A stretch of DNA of 64,000 bases from an uncultured Chloroflexia bacterium (GCA_963774265.1 CAVZDU010000001.1:832001-896000); one strand, 5' to 3'. Shown: positions 10,445-22,122, counted from the stretch's first letter. The notes: a model not told the origin generated them from the letters alone. Program-made: numbers and translations.

Positions 10445-10513
10445 CATCTTCTTGATGCTTTTCGGCCCGATCTTGACCTCCTCTTAACGCCCTTCGGACG
10501 TACACTCTCCAGT
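10441..10513 (+). promoter_or_regulatory. Second putative KdpE-regulated promoter (four boxes plus TACACT -10)
   Basis: TTGAC 10441, TTGAT 10452, TTGAC 10473, TTAAC 10484, TACACTCTCCAGT 10501. Confidence 0.75.
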
Positions 10514-10528
10514 AAGGAGAGTGGTTAA

Positions 10529-10879
10529 ATGGATTTACTGATCAACCACGGCACCTGGATCATCGTGCCGATAGGCCTGTTTGTGGCGTTCGTTTACTTC
10601 CACGTGTTTCCCAAGATAGCCTTGTTCTTGCTGGCGCGTCGGTTGCCGGAGGAAGACGGCTGCCAGGGGAGCACACGAACGAAACTGGAAACGACCCCAA
10701 CGGGCGGTCACGCGGCGCCGCGTTCGGGTCGTGACGCTAGAGGCGCCCGCTCCAGCCGACTAGTAACTCCCGGGCTCCCCCGCGGCTCATCTTCCCCCCT
10801 GCTTGAAGACCATCAGGTTTACTGTCCCAGGCTCTGGCGAAAGAACCCTACCAGCCGCTCCTCGAACTCCTGCGGGTAG
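10529..10879 (+). CDS. Small hypothetical membrane protein (one N-terminal TM helix); true 3' end uncertain
   Basis: AAGGAG RBS, upstream promoter, hydrophobic WIIVPIGLFVAFVYFHVF; the tail overlaps the convergent hydrolase, so the real ORF may be shorter. Confidence 0.55.
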   Translation: MDLLINHGTWIIVPIGLFVAFVYFHVFPKIALFLLARRLPEEDGCQGSTRTKLETTPTGGHAAPRSGRDARGARSSRLVTPGLPRGSSSPLLEDHQVYCPRLWRKNPTSRSSNSCG

Positions 10880-11790
10880 ACCGCGGGCGTCTGGACATGC
10901 TCCCCCTTGTCGGTGAACCAGATCGTCACATCCACGCCCACAGTCTGCGCTGCTGCAGCCAGTTCCTGGGCCTGATCGAGAGGGATGCGGGTGTCGGCCC
11001 GGCTATGAACGATGTAGATGGGCCGGCTGCCGGCGTGACGGATCGCGTTGACCGGATCGTGTGCAAGCAGGTTCTCACCGCCGACTACCCGACCCATAAG
11101 GATCGCGCTGGACGCCAGGAAGGCCGGGAAACCCTGAGCCCTCAGATCCTCGGCGATAACCTGCTCCAGGTCGGCATAGGTCGATTCCAGGAACAGCGCG
11201 GCGACACGCGGTTCCGCCACGAGCGCGAACAAGGCGGTGGCCCCGCCCAGGGATTCCCCGAAAAGACCGATGCGCTGCGGATCGTAGCCTCTAGCCGCGA
11301 CCACCCAATCCCATGCGCCAAGCACATCCAGGTACTCCGAGTTGCCTGCTGTGGAACGGCCATCCACCAAGTCCGACTCGCCGATGTTGCGCAGGTCGAT
11401 CATGAGGACGCTGAAGCCGTTGCGCCACAGCATCCCGGCCGGCACCAACACGTCGATGGCGTTCTTGCACCCGCCGAGCCCATGGACGAGGATCACGGCG
11501 GGTTTGCCCGGGGCGCCCGCCACCCACCAGCCGGCGATGGTGATCCCGGGCTGCCGGCTAGGAAAACGGACCGCCTCGTAGCCCGGCATGGCATAACGAG
11601 ACAGATCAATGGGCGGCCAGTTGTCGTCGAAAGCGATCTTGTCCGGGCGGTTGACTGCGTGCGGGTCGCAGGAGCCCTTCACGTCCGCTAACCGCAGATA
11701 GAAGATGATGCCGAAGGCCAGATAGACCAGTGCGACGACGGCGAGTAGCCCGACTACGGCCCGGATGAGGGCGTTGCTTCTGCGTTTCAT
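10819..11790 (-). CDS. Membrane-anchored alpha/beta hydrolase
   Basis: N-terminal TM, ILVHGLGG, DLRNIGES, nucleophile GESLG, HSRAD, GEH. Confidence 0.88.
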   Translation of the reverse strand: MKRRSNALIRAVVGLLAVVALVYLAFGIIFYLRLADVKGSCDPHAVNRPDKIAFDDNWPPIDLSRYAMPGYEAVRFPSRQPGITIAGWWVAGAPGKPAVILVHGLGGCKNAIDVLVPAGMLWRNGFSVLMIDLRNIGESDLVDGRSTAGNSEYLDVLGAWDWVVAARGYDPQRIGLFGESLGGATALFALVAEPRVAALFLESTYADLEQVIAEDLRAQGFPAFLASSAILMGRVVGGENLLAHDPVNAIRHAGSRPIYIVHSRADTRIPLDQAQELAAAAQTVGVDVTIWFTDKGEHVQTPAVYPQEFEERLVGFFRQSLGQ

Positions 11791-11857
11791 CGCTGTGCGA
11801 TTTCCATCACTGTCTCTTCATTGAGGAATTTGAATCGCAGGCGATGGTCGCCATGGG

Positions 11858-13522
<1,665 letters not shown>

Positions 13523-13610
13523 GGTTGCGATCCTTCCTCGTCAATTGACGCGCCTTTGCGAGGTCATTATACTGCGCGACACCCTTAATGATCCAGCGGG
13601 AAGCTTACTG

Positions 13611-14223
13611 ATGGCCGAGAAAAATATGGACATTCGCCCCCTCACTCTCGAGGGACGCATCGTGCGGCTCGTCCCCCTCGCCGAGGCGCACGTGACGGAG
13701 CTGAGCCAGGTGGGGTTGAGGCCAGATATCTGGCGGCATATGCTCTACGGTGACATCGACAGCGAAGCAAAAATGCTCGGCTTTATCCGGGATTTGCTGC
13801 GACGGCAGGCGCGCGGGACCGATTTGCCCTTCACGGTGATCCTGCAGGCGACGGGCAAGGCCATCGGGTGCACGCGCTACATGGACATCGACACGCCCAA
13901 CCGGGCCCTGGAGGTGGGCGGCACCTGGTATGGCGCGGAGCACCAGCGCACCGGGGTGAACACGGAGTGCAAATACCTACTACTGCGCCACGCGTTCGAG
14001 CGTTGGGGCTGCATTCGCGTGCAGCTCAAGAACAGATCTGAACAATATCCGCTCGCAGCAGGCCATCGAGCGGCTCGGTGCGGTGAAGGAAGGTGTGCTG
14101 CGCAATCACATGATCCGCCCCGATGGGACGGTGCGTGACACGGTGATGTACAGCATCATTGATAGCGAATGGCCGGCGGTGAAGACGCGGCTGGAGGGTC
14201 TACTGGCGCGTGGCGCGGCATAA
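13611..14223 (+). CDS. GNAT N-acetyltransferase (RimJ/RimL-like), one frameshift near 14030
   Basis: LEVGGTWY, QRTGVNTECKYLLLRHAFE..GCIRVQLK, continuing in a shifted frame TDLNNIRSQQAIERLGAVKEGVLRNHM...RDTVMYSII..EWP to TAA 14221-14223. Confidence 0.88.
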
Positions 14224-14238
14224 CGGCGCGGGGAATAA

Positions 14239-14253
14239 AGGTGCCCGGCACCT
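14239..14253. repeat. REP-like palindrome, copy 2 (single arm AGGTGCCCGGCACCT)
   Basis: Self-complementary 15-mer, about 15 bp after the GNAT stop; matches the arms at 61633-61667. Confidence 0.7.
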
Positions 14254-14266
14254 GGCGCGGACGCCC

Positions 14267-14395
14267 GACCACGCGAACTACGCGGGGACCGGAATCAACA
14301 CGACAACGGCCGTGGGAATTTTTCCGCGCAGTGCGAACCTGGAGACGGGTGTGCTGGACATGAGCGGCAATGTCTGGGAGTGGTGCCGGACCACA
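14267..14395 (+). pseudogene. Internal fragment of an FGE-sulfatase (SUMF1/EgtB/PvdO) domain gene
   Basis: Translates DHANYAGTGINTTTAVGIFPRSANLETGVLDMSGNVWEWC; the DMxGNVWEW motif is diagnostic; no N- or C-terminal part present. Confidence 0.75.
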
Positions 14396-14403
14396 GGCTT
14401 TCA

Positions 14404-16596
14404 TCATTCCAGCTTTAGCTCGTCTCCCAGCAGATAGTGGCTGAACCAGGCCAGGTTCTGGTGCATCACGGCATGGTTTTCGCGCGGCTTGGTGATGGGG
14501 TGGGCCATCCCCGGAAACACGAACAGCTCGACCGGCACGCCCATCTCTTTCAGGCCCCGGTACAGCTCCATGGCGTTGGACAGCGGCACGCGGCGATCCT
14601 CCGTACCGTGCTGGATCAGCATCGGCGTTCGGGCGCGGGCAAGCTGGCTGATGGGCGCCGTCTTGATGTACAGGTCGCGATCTCGAAACGGCGAACCGCA
14701 GAGATAGTCGACGGTAAAGTCCGGGATGTCGTTGCTGATGTGGTATGTGTACCAGTCCGAAATTCCTGCTCCCACCGACACCGCCTGGAAGGCCTCGGAG
14801 TGCAGCCCGGCAAAGGCCGAGATGTAGCCACCCTGAGACCAGCCCATGCACCCGACACGTTCCACGTCGACCCAACCCAATGCCTCCAGGTGGTCGATGG
14901 CGCTCTCCAGATCCCACAGGTCGCCGATGCCCAGGTTGTTCACGTTGAGCTCAGTGAAGGCCTGGCCGCGGCCGATGGAGCCCCGATAGTTGGGCTTCAG
15001 GACCAACATGCCCTTGTCGGCAAACTGCACCGACGGGTAGTAGCCCCGCTCCTCTCCGCCCAGCAGGGTCTCCGGCGAGAACCAGGTCGGCCCGCCGTGC
15101 ACCACGAACACCAGGGGGTGCCTGTGCGTGGGGTCAAATCCCGCAGGTTTCCGCAAGACGCCTTCGATCTCCGTGCCGTCTCGGCTGGTCCAGCGGATCG
15201 TCTCAACCGTGCCAAGTTCCCAGTCCTTCACGGCCTGGCCGAAGCCGGTCAGTTGCCTCACCCGGCGCTGCCCCCCGTCACCCATTGGTTCGGCCAGATA
15301 GACCTCGGGGACGGTCCGCGCATTCGCCCCGATCAGGGCGATTTGCCCGGCGGTGGAGACGTGGAAGCATTGCTTGACCGGGATCGGGGACACGCCTTGC
15401 AGGTCGAGGCGCGCATATTGGCCGTCGGCGGCCAGCCGCACCAACTGCACGCGCGTGCCCTCCGGGCAGGCAGCATACAGCCCGCTCTCCACCCAGTAGG
15501 CTTCCAGCAGCTCCTGGTCGAGCGCAGCGGAGATGTTGTGCATCGCCCCCAGGAAAGCGGCTGGGTTGGGTGAGTCAAGCGCCGCCTGCGTGTCGATCTG
15601 CCACAGATCGAAGCGCGTGTACATCTTGTCGTCGCGGCCCTGGTACAGCACCGCGAGTTGGCGCCCATCAGGGGCAACGGCTGCCACCGACGCAGCACGA
15701 GGCAGTTGGAGGCGCGTTATCTGACCCAGGTGCGACAGGTCCTCCTTCTCCTCTGACTTGCCTTCCGGCGCCGGCTTGTCGCCAGCTTCCCTCTTATCCG
15801 CCGCGCCGTCCTGCGCCTTGGCCTCTTCCCGGCGCACATGCTCGGCAACGGCTGCCCGGGCATCCAGGCGGATGCAGTACGCGCGGGTATCGCGATAGAA
15901 TATCTGGTCTTCCCGCTTCCAGGTGTTCACGTAGATGGCATCGCCCGTTGGCGCGGGAATGACCTCCTGGATGGCGAGGTGCTCCTCCAGCAGGCGGCTC
16001 AGCTCGATCACCGGCGCGGCCAGCTCCTTCGCCTCGTCTTCCGTGGCGGCTTTGAGCTGTGCCTGATATTGCCGCAGTTCCTCTAGCCCGACGTAGTACA
16101 GCGCTGAGGGGCTATCTTCCTGCTCGACGTGGGTGTACTTGCCAAAGCGGCCGGCGCGCGGCTTGTTCTCGTCGCGCTCGGGGTGGCGCGCCCGGTACAG
16201 GATTCCGCCTGCGAAGGGCTTGAACCACTCCACCCCAGTCTTGTGATCGGTCACTGCCCAGCCGTCGCCGGTCAGGCTCTCATACAGCCAAACCTGGGCC
16301 TTGGCGTCATCGCCCCGCTTGAGCAGGGCCAGGGTTTCATCGTCCAACCACTCCATCTGCAGGGCGCTGTCCGTCCGGTTGAGGGGATTGACAGCGCCGG
16401 TCGCCAGGTCGTGGACGTGGCAGATGGTGTCGTAGCGGTTTTCTCTCCAGTTGGTGGTGCGGATGCCGAAGGCGACGCGGCGGCCGCCGGGCGACACCTT
16501 GACGGCCACCGGGGTTTCCAGCATGACCATGTCCCGCAGGGTTGGTTGGTAGCGCGCGTTGGTTTCAGATGGTCTCTCTGCAGCAGTGGCTATCAT
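14404..16596 (-). CDS. S9 family serine peptidase (acylaminoacyl/dipeptidyl peptidase-like)
   Basis: Beta-propeller N-terminus; VVHGGP, PNYRGSIGRG, GWSQGG, HGTEDRRVP, GMAH catalytic motifs. Confidence 0.92.
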   Translation of the reverse strand: MIATAAERPSETNARYQPTLRDMVMLETPVAVKVSPGGRRVAFGIRTTNWRENRYDTICHVHDLATGAVNPLNRTDSALQMEWLDDETLALLKRGDDAKAQVWLYESLTGDGWAVTDHKTGVEWFKPFAGGILYRARHPERDENKPRAGRFGKYTHVEQEDSPSALYYVGLEELRQYQAQLKAATEDEAKELAAPVIELSRLLEEHLAIQEVIPAPTGDAIYVNTWKREDQIFYRDTRAYCIRLDARAAVAEHVRREEAKAQDGAADKREAGDKPAPEGKSEEKEDLSHLGQITRLQLPRAASVAAVAPDGRQLAVLYQGRDDKMYTRFDLWQIDTQAALDSPNPAAFLGAMHNISAALDQELLEAYWVESGLYAACPEGTRVQLVRLAADGQYARLDLQGVSPIPVKQCFHVSTAGQIALIGANARTVPEVYLAEPMGDGGQRRVRQLTGFGQAVKDWELGTVETIRWTSRDGTEIEGVLRKPAGFDPTHRHPLVFVVHGGPTWFSPETLLGGEERGYYPSVQFADKGMLVLKPNYRGSIGRGQAFTELNVNNLGIGDLWDLESAIDHLEALGWVDVERVGCMGWSQGGYISAFAGLHSEAFQAVSVGAGISDWYTYHISNDIPDFTVDYLCGSPFRDRDLYIKTAPISQLARARTPMLIQHGTEDRRVPLSNAMELYRGLKEMGVPVELFVFPGMAHPITKPRENHAVMHQNLAWFSHYLLGDELKLE

Positions 16597-16689
16597 GGCT
16601 GGGTGCTCCCCTCCGGTTTTGACTGGCGCCTGCCCGGCACGCCGGCATAGTACATGGCCGTCACAGGCCCCGGCGCGGCGTCTCCTTAC

Positions 16690-18063
16690 CTACATTTCCG
16701 CCGCGATCTTCTCCCACACCAGGCCAAAGGCTTGCTTCCCCTTTTCGAAGCTGGCGAGGCGGAGGAATTCGTCGGGGGCGTGGTGTCGTTCGTCCTCCAG
16801 CGCGAAGGCGAGGGTCACGGTGTGGACGCCGAGAACGCGCAGGAAGCTCATGAGCACGGGCACGCTGCCCCCCATGCGTACGTAGTGCGGCGGGTTTCCA
16901 AACAGATCGGTCAGTACGCCGCCGACGAGGCGATTGGCCGGGTGGTCGGCGGGCATGAGGTACGGATAGGCGGTGCCGGGCAACTGGGCCGTCGGCACGC
17001 GCACGCCGGGGGGCGCATGGCGCGCCACATGGCTGGCGACGGCGGCATAGATCCGATTCGGGTCTTGATCGGCGACCAGGCGGCAGGTGATCTTGGCGTG
17101 CGCTTCGTTAGGCAGGACGGTCTTGACGCCCTCCCCCTGGAAGCCGCCGTAGATGCCGTTGATCTCCACCGTCGGCCGCGCCCAGGCGCGTTCGACCGAG
17201 GTGTAGCCCGGTTCGCCGAAGGGGGCGTCGACGCCGAGTCCGGCCAGGTACGCCGGCTCGTCGAAGGGCACCGCGGCGATTTGCGCCCGATCTTCTTCCG
17301 TCAGGTCGATCACATCATCGAAGAAACCATCGACGATAATTTTGCCGTCCGGTGACCGCATGCTGTCCAGGATGCGCACCAGGGCATGGATCGGGTTCGC
17401 GATGACGCCGCCATAGATGCCCGAGTGGAGATCGGTCTTCGCGCCGTAGACATCGATCTGCAGGGATACAAGCCCCTTGAAGCCGATGAGGAGCACCGGC
17501 TGGTCTTCGCTCTCCTGTGCGCCGTCTGCGCTGATCACCAGGTCGGCCTTGAGCAACTCCTTGTGCTCAGCCACGAAGGGGACGAACTCCGGGCTGCCGA
17601 TTTCTTCTTGCCCCTCGAAGATGAATTTCAGGTTGATGGGCAGCTTGCCCTCGGTCCTGAGAAATGCTTCGGCCACGAGGATCGGGATGAGCATGTTGCC
17701 CTTATCGTCGCCCGCACCGCGGGCATAGACGCGACCGTCTCGCACGGTTGGCTCGAAGGGCGGGTTGGTCCAGAGCGCCAGTGGGTCGGCCGGTTGCACG
17801 TCGAAGTGCCCATAGATGAGCACCGTGGGCCGGCCGGCCGCGTGCAGCCAATCACCGTAGACGACCGGATGGCCGGCGGTGGGCATAACTTGTACGTGCT
17901 CGATGCCCGCACGTTTGAGGCGGCCGGCGGTCCATTGGGCCGCCTGCTCCACGTCGGGCAAATGCTCCTTGAGAGAGGAAATCGACGGAATGCGCAAAAA
18001 GTCGAGCATGTCGGCCAGCGCGGCATCGCGCTGTTCTGCAAGATAGGTTTCCCAGGGCTTCAT
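16690..18063 (-). CDS. M20 family dipeptidase (ArgE/DapE-like)
   Basis: FLRIPSIS, YGHFDVQP, ARGAGDDKG, EGQEEIGS, DLHSG, GGSVP, HAPDE; GAGGAG RBS before MKPWETY. Confidence 0.92.
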   Translation of the reverse strand: MKPWETYLAEQRDAALADMLDFLRIPSISSLKEHLPDVEQAAQWTAGRLKRAGIEHVQVMPTAGHPVVYGDWLHAAGRPTVLIYGHFDVQPADPLALWTNPPFEPTVRDGRVYARGAGDDKGNMLIPILVAEAFLRTEGKLPINLKFIFEGQEEIGSPEFVPFVAEHKELLKADLVISADGAQESEDQPVLLIGFKGLVSLQIDVYGAKTDLHSGIYGGVIANPIHALVRILDSMRSPDGKIIVDGFFDDVIDLTEEDRAQIAAVPFDEPAYLAGLGVDAPFGEPGYTSVERAWARPTVEINGIYGGFQGEGVKTVLPNEAHAKITCRLVADQDPNRIYAAVASHVARHAPPGVRVPTAQLPGTAYPYLMPADHPANRLVGGVLTDLFGNPPHYVRMGGSVPVLMSFLRVLGVHTVTLAFALEDERHHAPDEFLRLASFEKGKQAFGLVWEKIAAEM

Positions 18064-18210
18064 AACAACTCCTCGCCATCCGAATGATGGGAAATGGTCA
18101 GCGTCATGCGCGTTCCGGCGATTATACTTCCCTTCGATGGCCGAGGGAAATGGACAGCCGCGCTCGGGGCGGGTATGATGGCGGCAAAGCAAAGCCACAG
18201 GAGGGATCTC

Positions 18211-18672
18211 ATGGGTGAACTGCGCTCCCACGAGGGGCTGTACTTTGAGGATTACGAGGCCGGCGACAGCGTGACGAGCCAGGGCCGCACGGTGACGGAA
18301 GCGGACATCGTGAACTTTGCGGCGCTCAGCGGCGACTGGAATGCCATTCACGTCGACGCGGAGTACGCCAAGGGCGGGATGTTCGGCGAGCGCATCGCGC
18401 ACGGCCTGCTGGGCCTGTCCATCGCCACAGGCCTGGCCGTGCGCCTCGGTTTCATGGATGAGACAGTGATTGCGTTCATGGGGCTGGACTGGAAATTCCG
18501 GGGAGCGATCAAGATCGGTGACACGATCAGGGTGCGCGCCGAAGTCGCGGAGAAAAAGTCCGCGCCGCGACTGGGCGGCGGGTTGGTCACCTTCAATGTG
18601 GAGGTCCTCAACCAGCGGGGAGAGCCGGTGCAAAGAGGAACGTGGACGATGCTGGTCAAGATGCGGGGATAA
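18211..18672 (+). CDS. MaoC family dehydratase
   Basis: GLYFED, RTVTEADIVNFAALSGDWNAIHVD, RIAHG, IGDTI. Confidence 0.9.
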   Translation: MGELRSHEGLYFEDYEAGDSVTSQGRTVTEADIVNFAALSGDWNAIHVDAEYAKGGMFGERIAHGLLGLSIATGLAVRLGFMDETVIAFMGLDWKFRGAIKIGDTIRVRAEVAEKKSAPRLGGGLVTFNVEVLNQRGEPVQRGTWTMLVKMRG

Positions 18673-18681
18673 GGCGGCGCC

Positions 18682-19959
18682 TCAACCCCGCATGAGGCGG
18701 CCGCGCTTCACCACCGTGTGAACCAGGTTCGTCCCGTACCGGTAGGGCAACATCCGGTAGTCGTCCGCGTCCAGGATGAGGAGGTCTGCCTGTTTGCCCC
18801 TGTCGAGGCTGCCCACTAGATGCCCCAGCCCGATCGCGTAGGCTGCGTTAAGCGTGGCGCCGACCAGCGCCTCGGCAGGGAGCAGCTTCATATAGCGGCA
18901 CGCCAGGGCCAGCATGAATTGCATGTTCTCGCACCAGGACGTGCCCGGGTTGAGGTCCGTGGCGAGCGCCAACGCGCCGCCGCCGTCGATGAGCGCACGG
19001 CCGGGGCTGTAGTCGCGGTGGGCCAGGCCGAATGGCGTGCCCGGCAGCGCCACGCCGATCGTCGCGGATCTGGCCAGCGCCGCGACGTGATCCGCGGGGG
19101 TCGTGACGATATGGTCAGCGGACACGGCCCCCAGCTCAATCGCCAGCGGCGTGCCGCCCAGGGGTGCGAACTCATCTACGTGGATTTTCAGGCCGAAGCC
19201 CAGCCGCTTTGCCGCTTCGAGGATGCGGCGGGACTGCTCCAGGTCGAAGGCGCCGTCCTCACAAAAGACATCGCAGAAGATGGGCCAACCCACGGGGAAG
19301 GCCTGCCGCAGCTCCCCCCATTTCGCCCAGGCCGCGGGCAGCATCTCCTCGACGACCAGGTCCACGTAGGCGCCGGTCCGGCCGCGGTATTCCGCGGGCA
19401 CGGCATGCGCGCCGAGAAAAGTCGGTGTGAGGTCCAGTGGCCCCTGTCTCTGCAGGACGGCGATTGCCTCCAGTTGTTTGAGCTCATCGGGGATGTTCAG
19501 ACCGTAGCCGGTCTTGGCTTCCGCGGTGGTGGTGCCGTAACGCGACATGCACGCTGCGCGCTCCGCGGTCTCCCGAACCAGTCCGTCGAGGGATGCGGCG
19601 CGGGTGTCGGTCACGGTGCGGACGATGCCCCCGCCCGCGGCCATGATCTCCATGTACGTCGCGCCGCCGATGCGCAGCTCGAACTCGGCCGCGCGGTGGC
19701 CGGCCCAGGGCAGATGCGTGTGCGGATCGACGAAGCCCGGGATGACGGCGCGGCCGCCCGCGTCGAGATGGGCATCGGCATCGACCGAAGGGGCCAGCTC
19801 AGACTCCTGCCCGATCTCGGCGATGCGGCCAGCCCGGATCGCGACGGCGCCGCGGTCGATGATGCCGAGCTCTCGCATGGCGGCTCCACGACGTGGTCCT
19901 GGCGGACCCGCGAGGGTGACGAGTTGGCCGATGTTGTGGATGAGCAGGTCAGCGTGCAT
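18682..19959 (-). CDS. hutI: Imidazolonepropionase
   Basis: PGFVDPHTH, GATYMEI..GGGI, EAKTGYGL, TFLGAHA, DVFCE, KIHVDE, ALATDLNPG. Confidence 0.95.
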   Translation of the reverse strand: MHADLLIHNIGQLVTLAGPPGPRRGAAMRELGIIDRGAVAIRAGRIAEIGQESELAPSVDADAHLDAGGRAVIPGFVDPHTHLPWAGHRAAEFELRIGGATYMEIMAAGGGIVRTVTDTRAASLDGLVRETAERAACMSRYGTTTAEAKTGYGLNIPDELKQLEAIAVLQRQGPLDLTPTFLGAHAVPAEYRGRTGAYVDLVVEEMLPAAWAKWGELRQAFPVGWPIFCDVFCEDGAFDLEQSRRILEAAKRLGFGLKIHVDEFAPLGGTPLAIELGAVSADHIVTTPADHVAALARSATIGVALPGTPFGLAHRDYSPGRALIDGGGALALATDLNPGTSWCENMQFMLALACRYMKLLPAEALVGATLNAAYAIGLGHLVGSLDRGKQADLLILDADDYRMLPYRYGTNLVHTVVKRGRLMRG

Positions 19960-20088
19960 GGCAAGTCTCCTCCGCCGATGATACCTTGTTAAGTGGATAG
20001 ATGCCAAGGGAGACGAGTCTTCTGTATCTTGGGTTCTTTGCGGTTAAGGCCGTAAGCTATGCTACAATGAGATTTCTAAGGAGAGCGG

Positions 20089-21084
20089 ATGGCGACCTGG
20101 CCGGTGGTTGGACATGAGTGGGCGACGGAGCTGCTGGCGCAGGCGGTGCGCAGCGGCCGGGTGAGTCATGCCTACCTGTTCCTTGGACCCGACCAGGTGG
20201 GCAAGACGACGGTGGCGATGGCGTTCGCGCGTGCACTGGTGTGCGAGCGAGGCGACGGTGGACCCTGCAGCGAGGCGGACAGTTGCCGGTCTTGCCGGCG
20301 CACCGCCGAAGGCCGCTACCCGGACGTCCAGGTGATCGCCGCCGAGAAGAACTGGATCCAGATCGAGCAGGTGCGGAATCTGCAAGCTGATGCGGCGATC
20401 GCTCCGTTGGAGGGCAAGCGCAAGGTATTCATTATCCGGGAGATCGAACGCGCGACACTGCCAGCGGCCAACGCGCTGCTCAAGACGCTGGAAGAGCCAC
20501 CTTCGCAGGTCGTGTTGTTGCTGACCAGCAACCGCCGCGACCTGGTGCTGCCCACCGTGCTCTCCCGCTGCCAGATCGTTGCATTGCGAACGCTGCCCAT
20601 CGCAGAGGTGCAAGACGCACTGCAAGTTCGCTGGGGCGTGGAAGATGATCAGGCTGCTCTGCTGGCACGTTTGAGCGGCGGCCGATTAGGTTGGGCTGTC
20701 ACTGCGGCCACGGACCCCGACGTGTGGCAAACCCGCGCAAAATACCTGGATGATCTCTTGACCCTGACGGGCGAAGGTGTGATCAAACGCCTGGCCTATG
20801 CCGAGGATCTGAGCCGAGTCAGCGAGGGCGTCGAGACTGCCTTGGGCTTCTGGGCGAGCTGGTGGCGCGACTTGCTGCTGGTGCAGCAGGGACAGCCTGA
20901 GGCGCTGCTTAATCTGGACCGCAAGACGCAACTGATCCAGCAGGCGGATCTCTACCGGCCCGAGCAGGTGCATGGGGCGCTCGCCGACCTGGTGCAAACG
21001 CTACGGCGGGTGCGGGGCAACGTCAACCTGCGGCTGGCGCTGGACGTATTGCTGCTGCGTATGCCGCGGCCCATCGTCACGTGA
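20089..21084 (+). CDS. holB: DNA polymerase III subunit delta'
   Basis: HAYLFLGPDQVGK, zinc-binding C..PC...CRSC, AANALLKTLEEPP, LPTVLSRC. Confidence 0.93.
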   Translation: MATWPVVGHEWATELLAQAVRSGRVSHAYLFLGPDQVGKTTVAMAFARALVCERGDGGPCSEADSCRSCRRTAEGRYPDVQVIAAEKNWIQIEQVRNLQADAAIAPLEGKRKVFIIREIERATLPAANALLKTLEEPPSQVVLLLTSNRRDLVLPTVLSRCQIVALRTLPIAEVQDALQVRWGVEDDQAALLARLSGGRLGWAVTAATDPDVWQTRAKYLDDLLTLTGEGVIKRLAYAEDLSRVSEGVETALGFWASWWRDLLLVQQGQPEALLNLDRKTQLIQQADLYRPEQVHGALADLVQTLRRVRGNVNLRLALDVLLLRMPRPIVT

Positions 21085-21116
21085 GCTGCCGGGACCAATT
21101 TTCACAGGAGCGAAAC

Positions 21117-22122
21117 ATGCCAACGGTAGTCGGTGTGGCATTCAGACCCGTTACAAAAATATACTACTTCGATCCGTTGGAGTTGATCGACCTACAGCCG
21201 GACGAAAACGTTGTTGTGGAGACCTCGCGCGGCCGGACCCTGGGGCAAGTCGTGTTCGCCCCAAGGGAGGTCAGCGAGAACGAGCTGAGCGGCATCGTTG
21301 AAACCCGTCGTGCGCCGTGCAACCGCGTGGGACATGGTGCAGGCCGATCAGATGGCTCACCGTGAGCCGGAAGCGCTGGTCATCGCAGCCGAGCGGGCGC
21401 AGGCGCTCGGTATGTCGATCAAGATCGTCAAGGTGGAGTTCAGCTTCGATGGCACCAGCGCGGTGGTCTACTTCACCTCGGAGCAGCGCGTCGACTTCCG
21501 CAACCTGGTGCACGATCTGTCGCAGGCATTGCATACCCGGGTGGAGATGCGCCAGGTGGGCGTGCGCGACGAGGCGAAGTTCCTTGGCGGGTTCGGCAAG
21601 TGCGGCCGTGAGCTGTGCTGCGCGACCTGGCTGCGGGAGTTTGCGCCGGTGTCGATCAAGATGGCCAAGGCGCAGGACCTGCCGTTGAATGCACCCGAAG
21701 TGTCAGGTGTGTGCGGCCGCCTGCTGTGCTGCCTGGCCTACGAAAACGATTTCTACACTGAGGCTCGGAAGCAGATGCCCCGCATCAACAGCGTTGTCGA
21801 GACGCCAGAGGGCCCGGGGAGAGTCCGACAAGTGCATGTGTTGGCGAAGCGGATCACCGTGCTGGTCGAGGGGCCGAACGAGACGCGGAGTTGGGTGCAG
21901 ATGGATGTGCCCGAGCCTGAGTTCACCCTGCCCGCACAAAGCGCGCATGCCCTGACCACAGCGTCTGCAGGCGCCCAGGGCGGGGATGAAGACGCGGTGG
22001 AAGATGACCTGGATGTATTGCGCGATCATGCGATCCCGAGGGCTCAGGGGGGACATCAACAATCACCCGAACATGTGGGTGGCTCGAGGCCGAGATCGAG
22101 GGGATCACGGCGCAGGAAATGA
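21117..22122 (+). CDS. yaaT: PSP1-domain protein YaaT/RicT, frameshift near 21300
   Basis: VVGVAFRPVTKIYYFDP..VVETSRG, then KPVVRRAT..RVDFRNLV..RQVGVRDEAK..CGRELCC..KMAKAQ..SGVCGRLLCCLAYE; follows holB as in Bacillota. Confidence 0.9.

Noticed and set aside
14210-14437. Diversity-generating retroelement template repeat
   Set aside because: No reverse transcriptase and no second copy seen in the window, and the fragment is not the C-terminal region that DGRs usually diversify
21117-22122. Programmed ribosomal frameshifting in yaaT, GNAT or the ABC genes
   Set aside because: No convincing slippery heptamer with stimulatory structure; these families are normally single ORFs, and the indel pattern fits sequencing error
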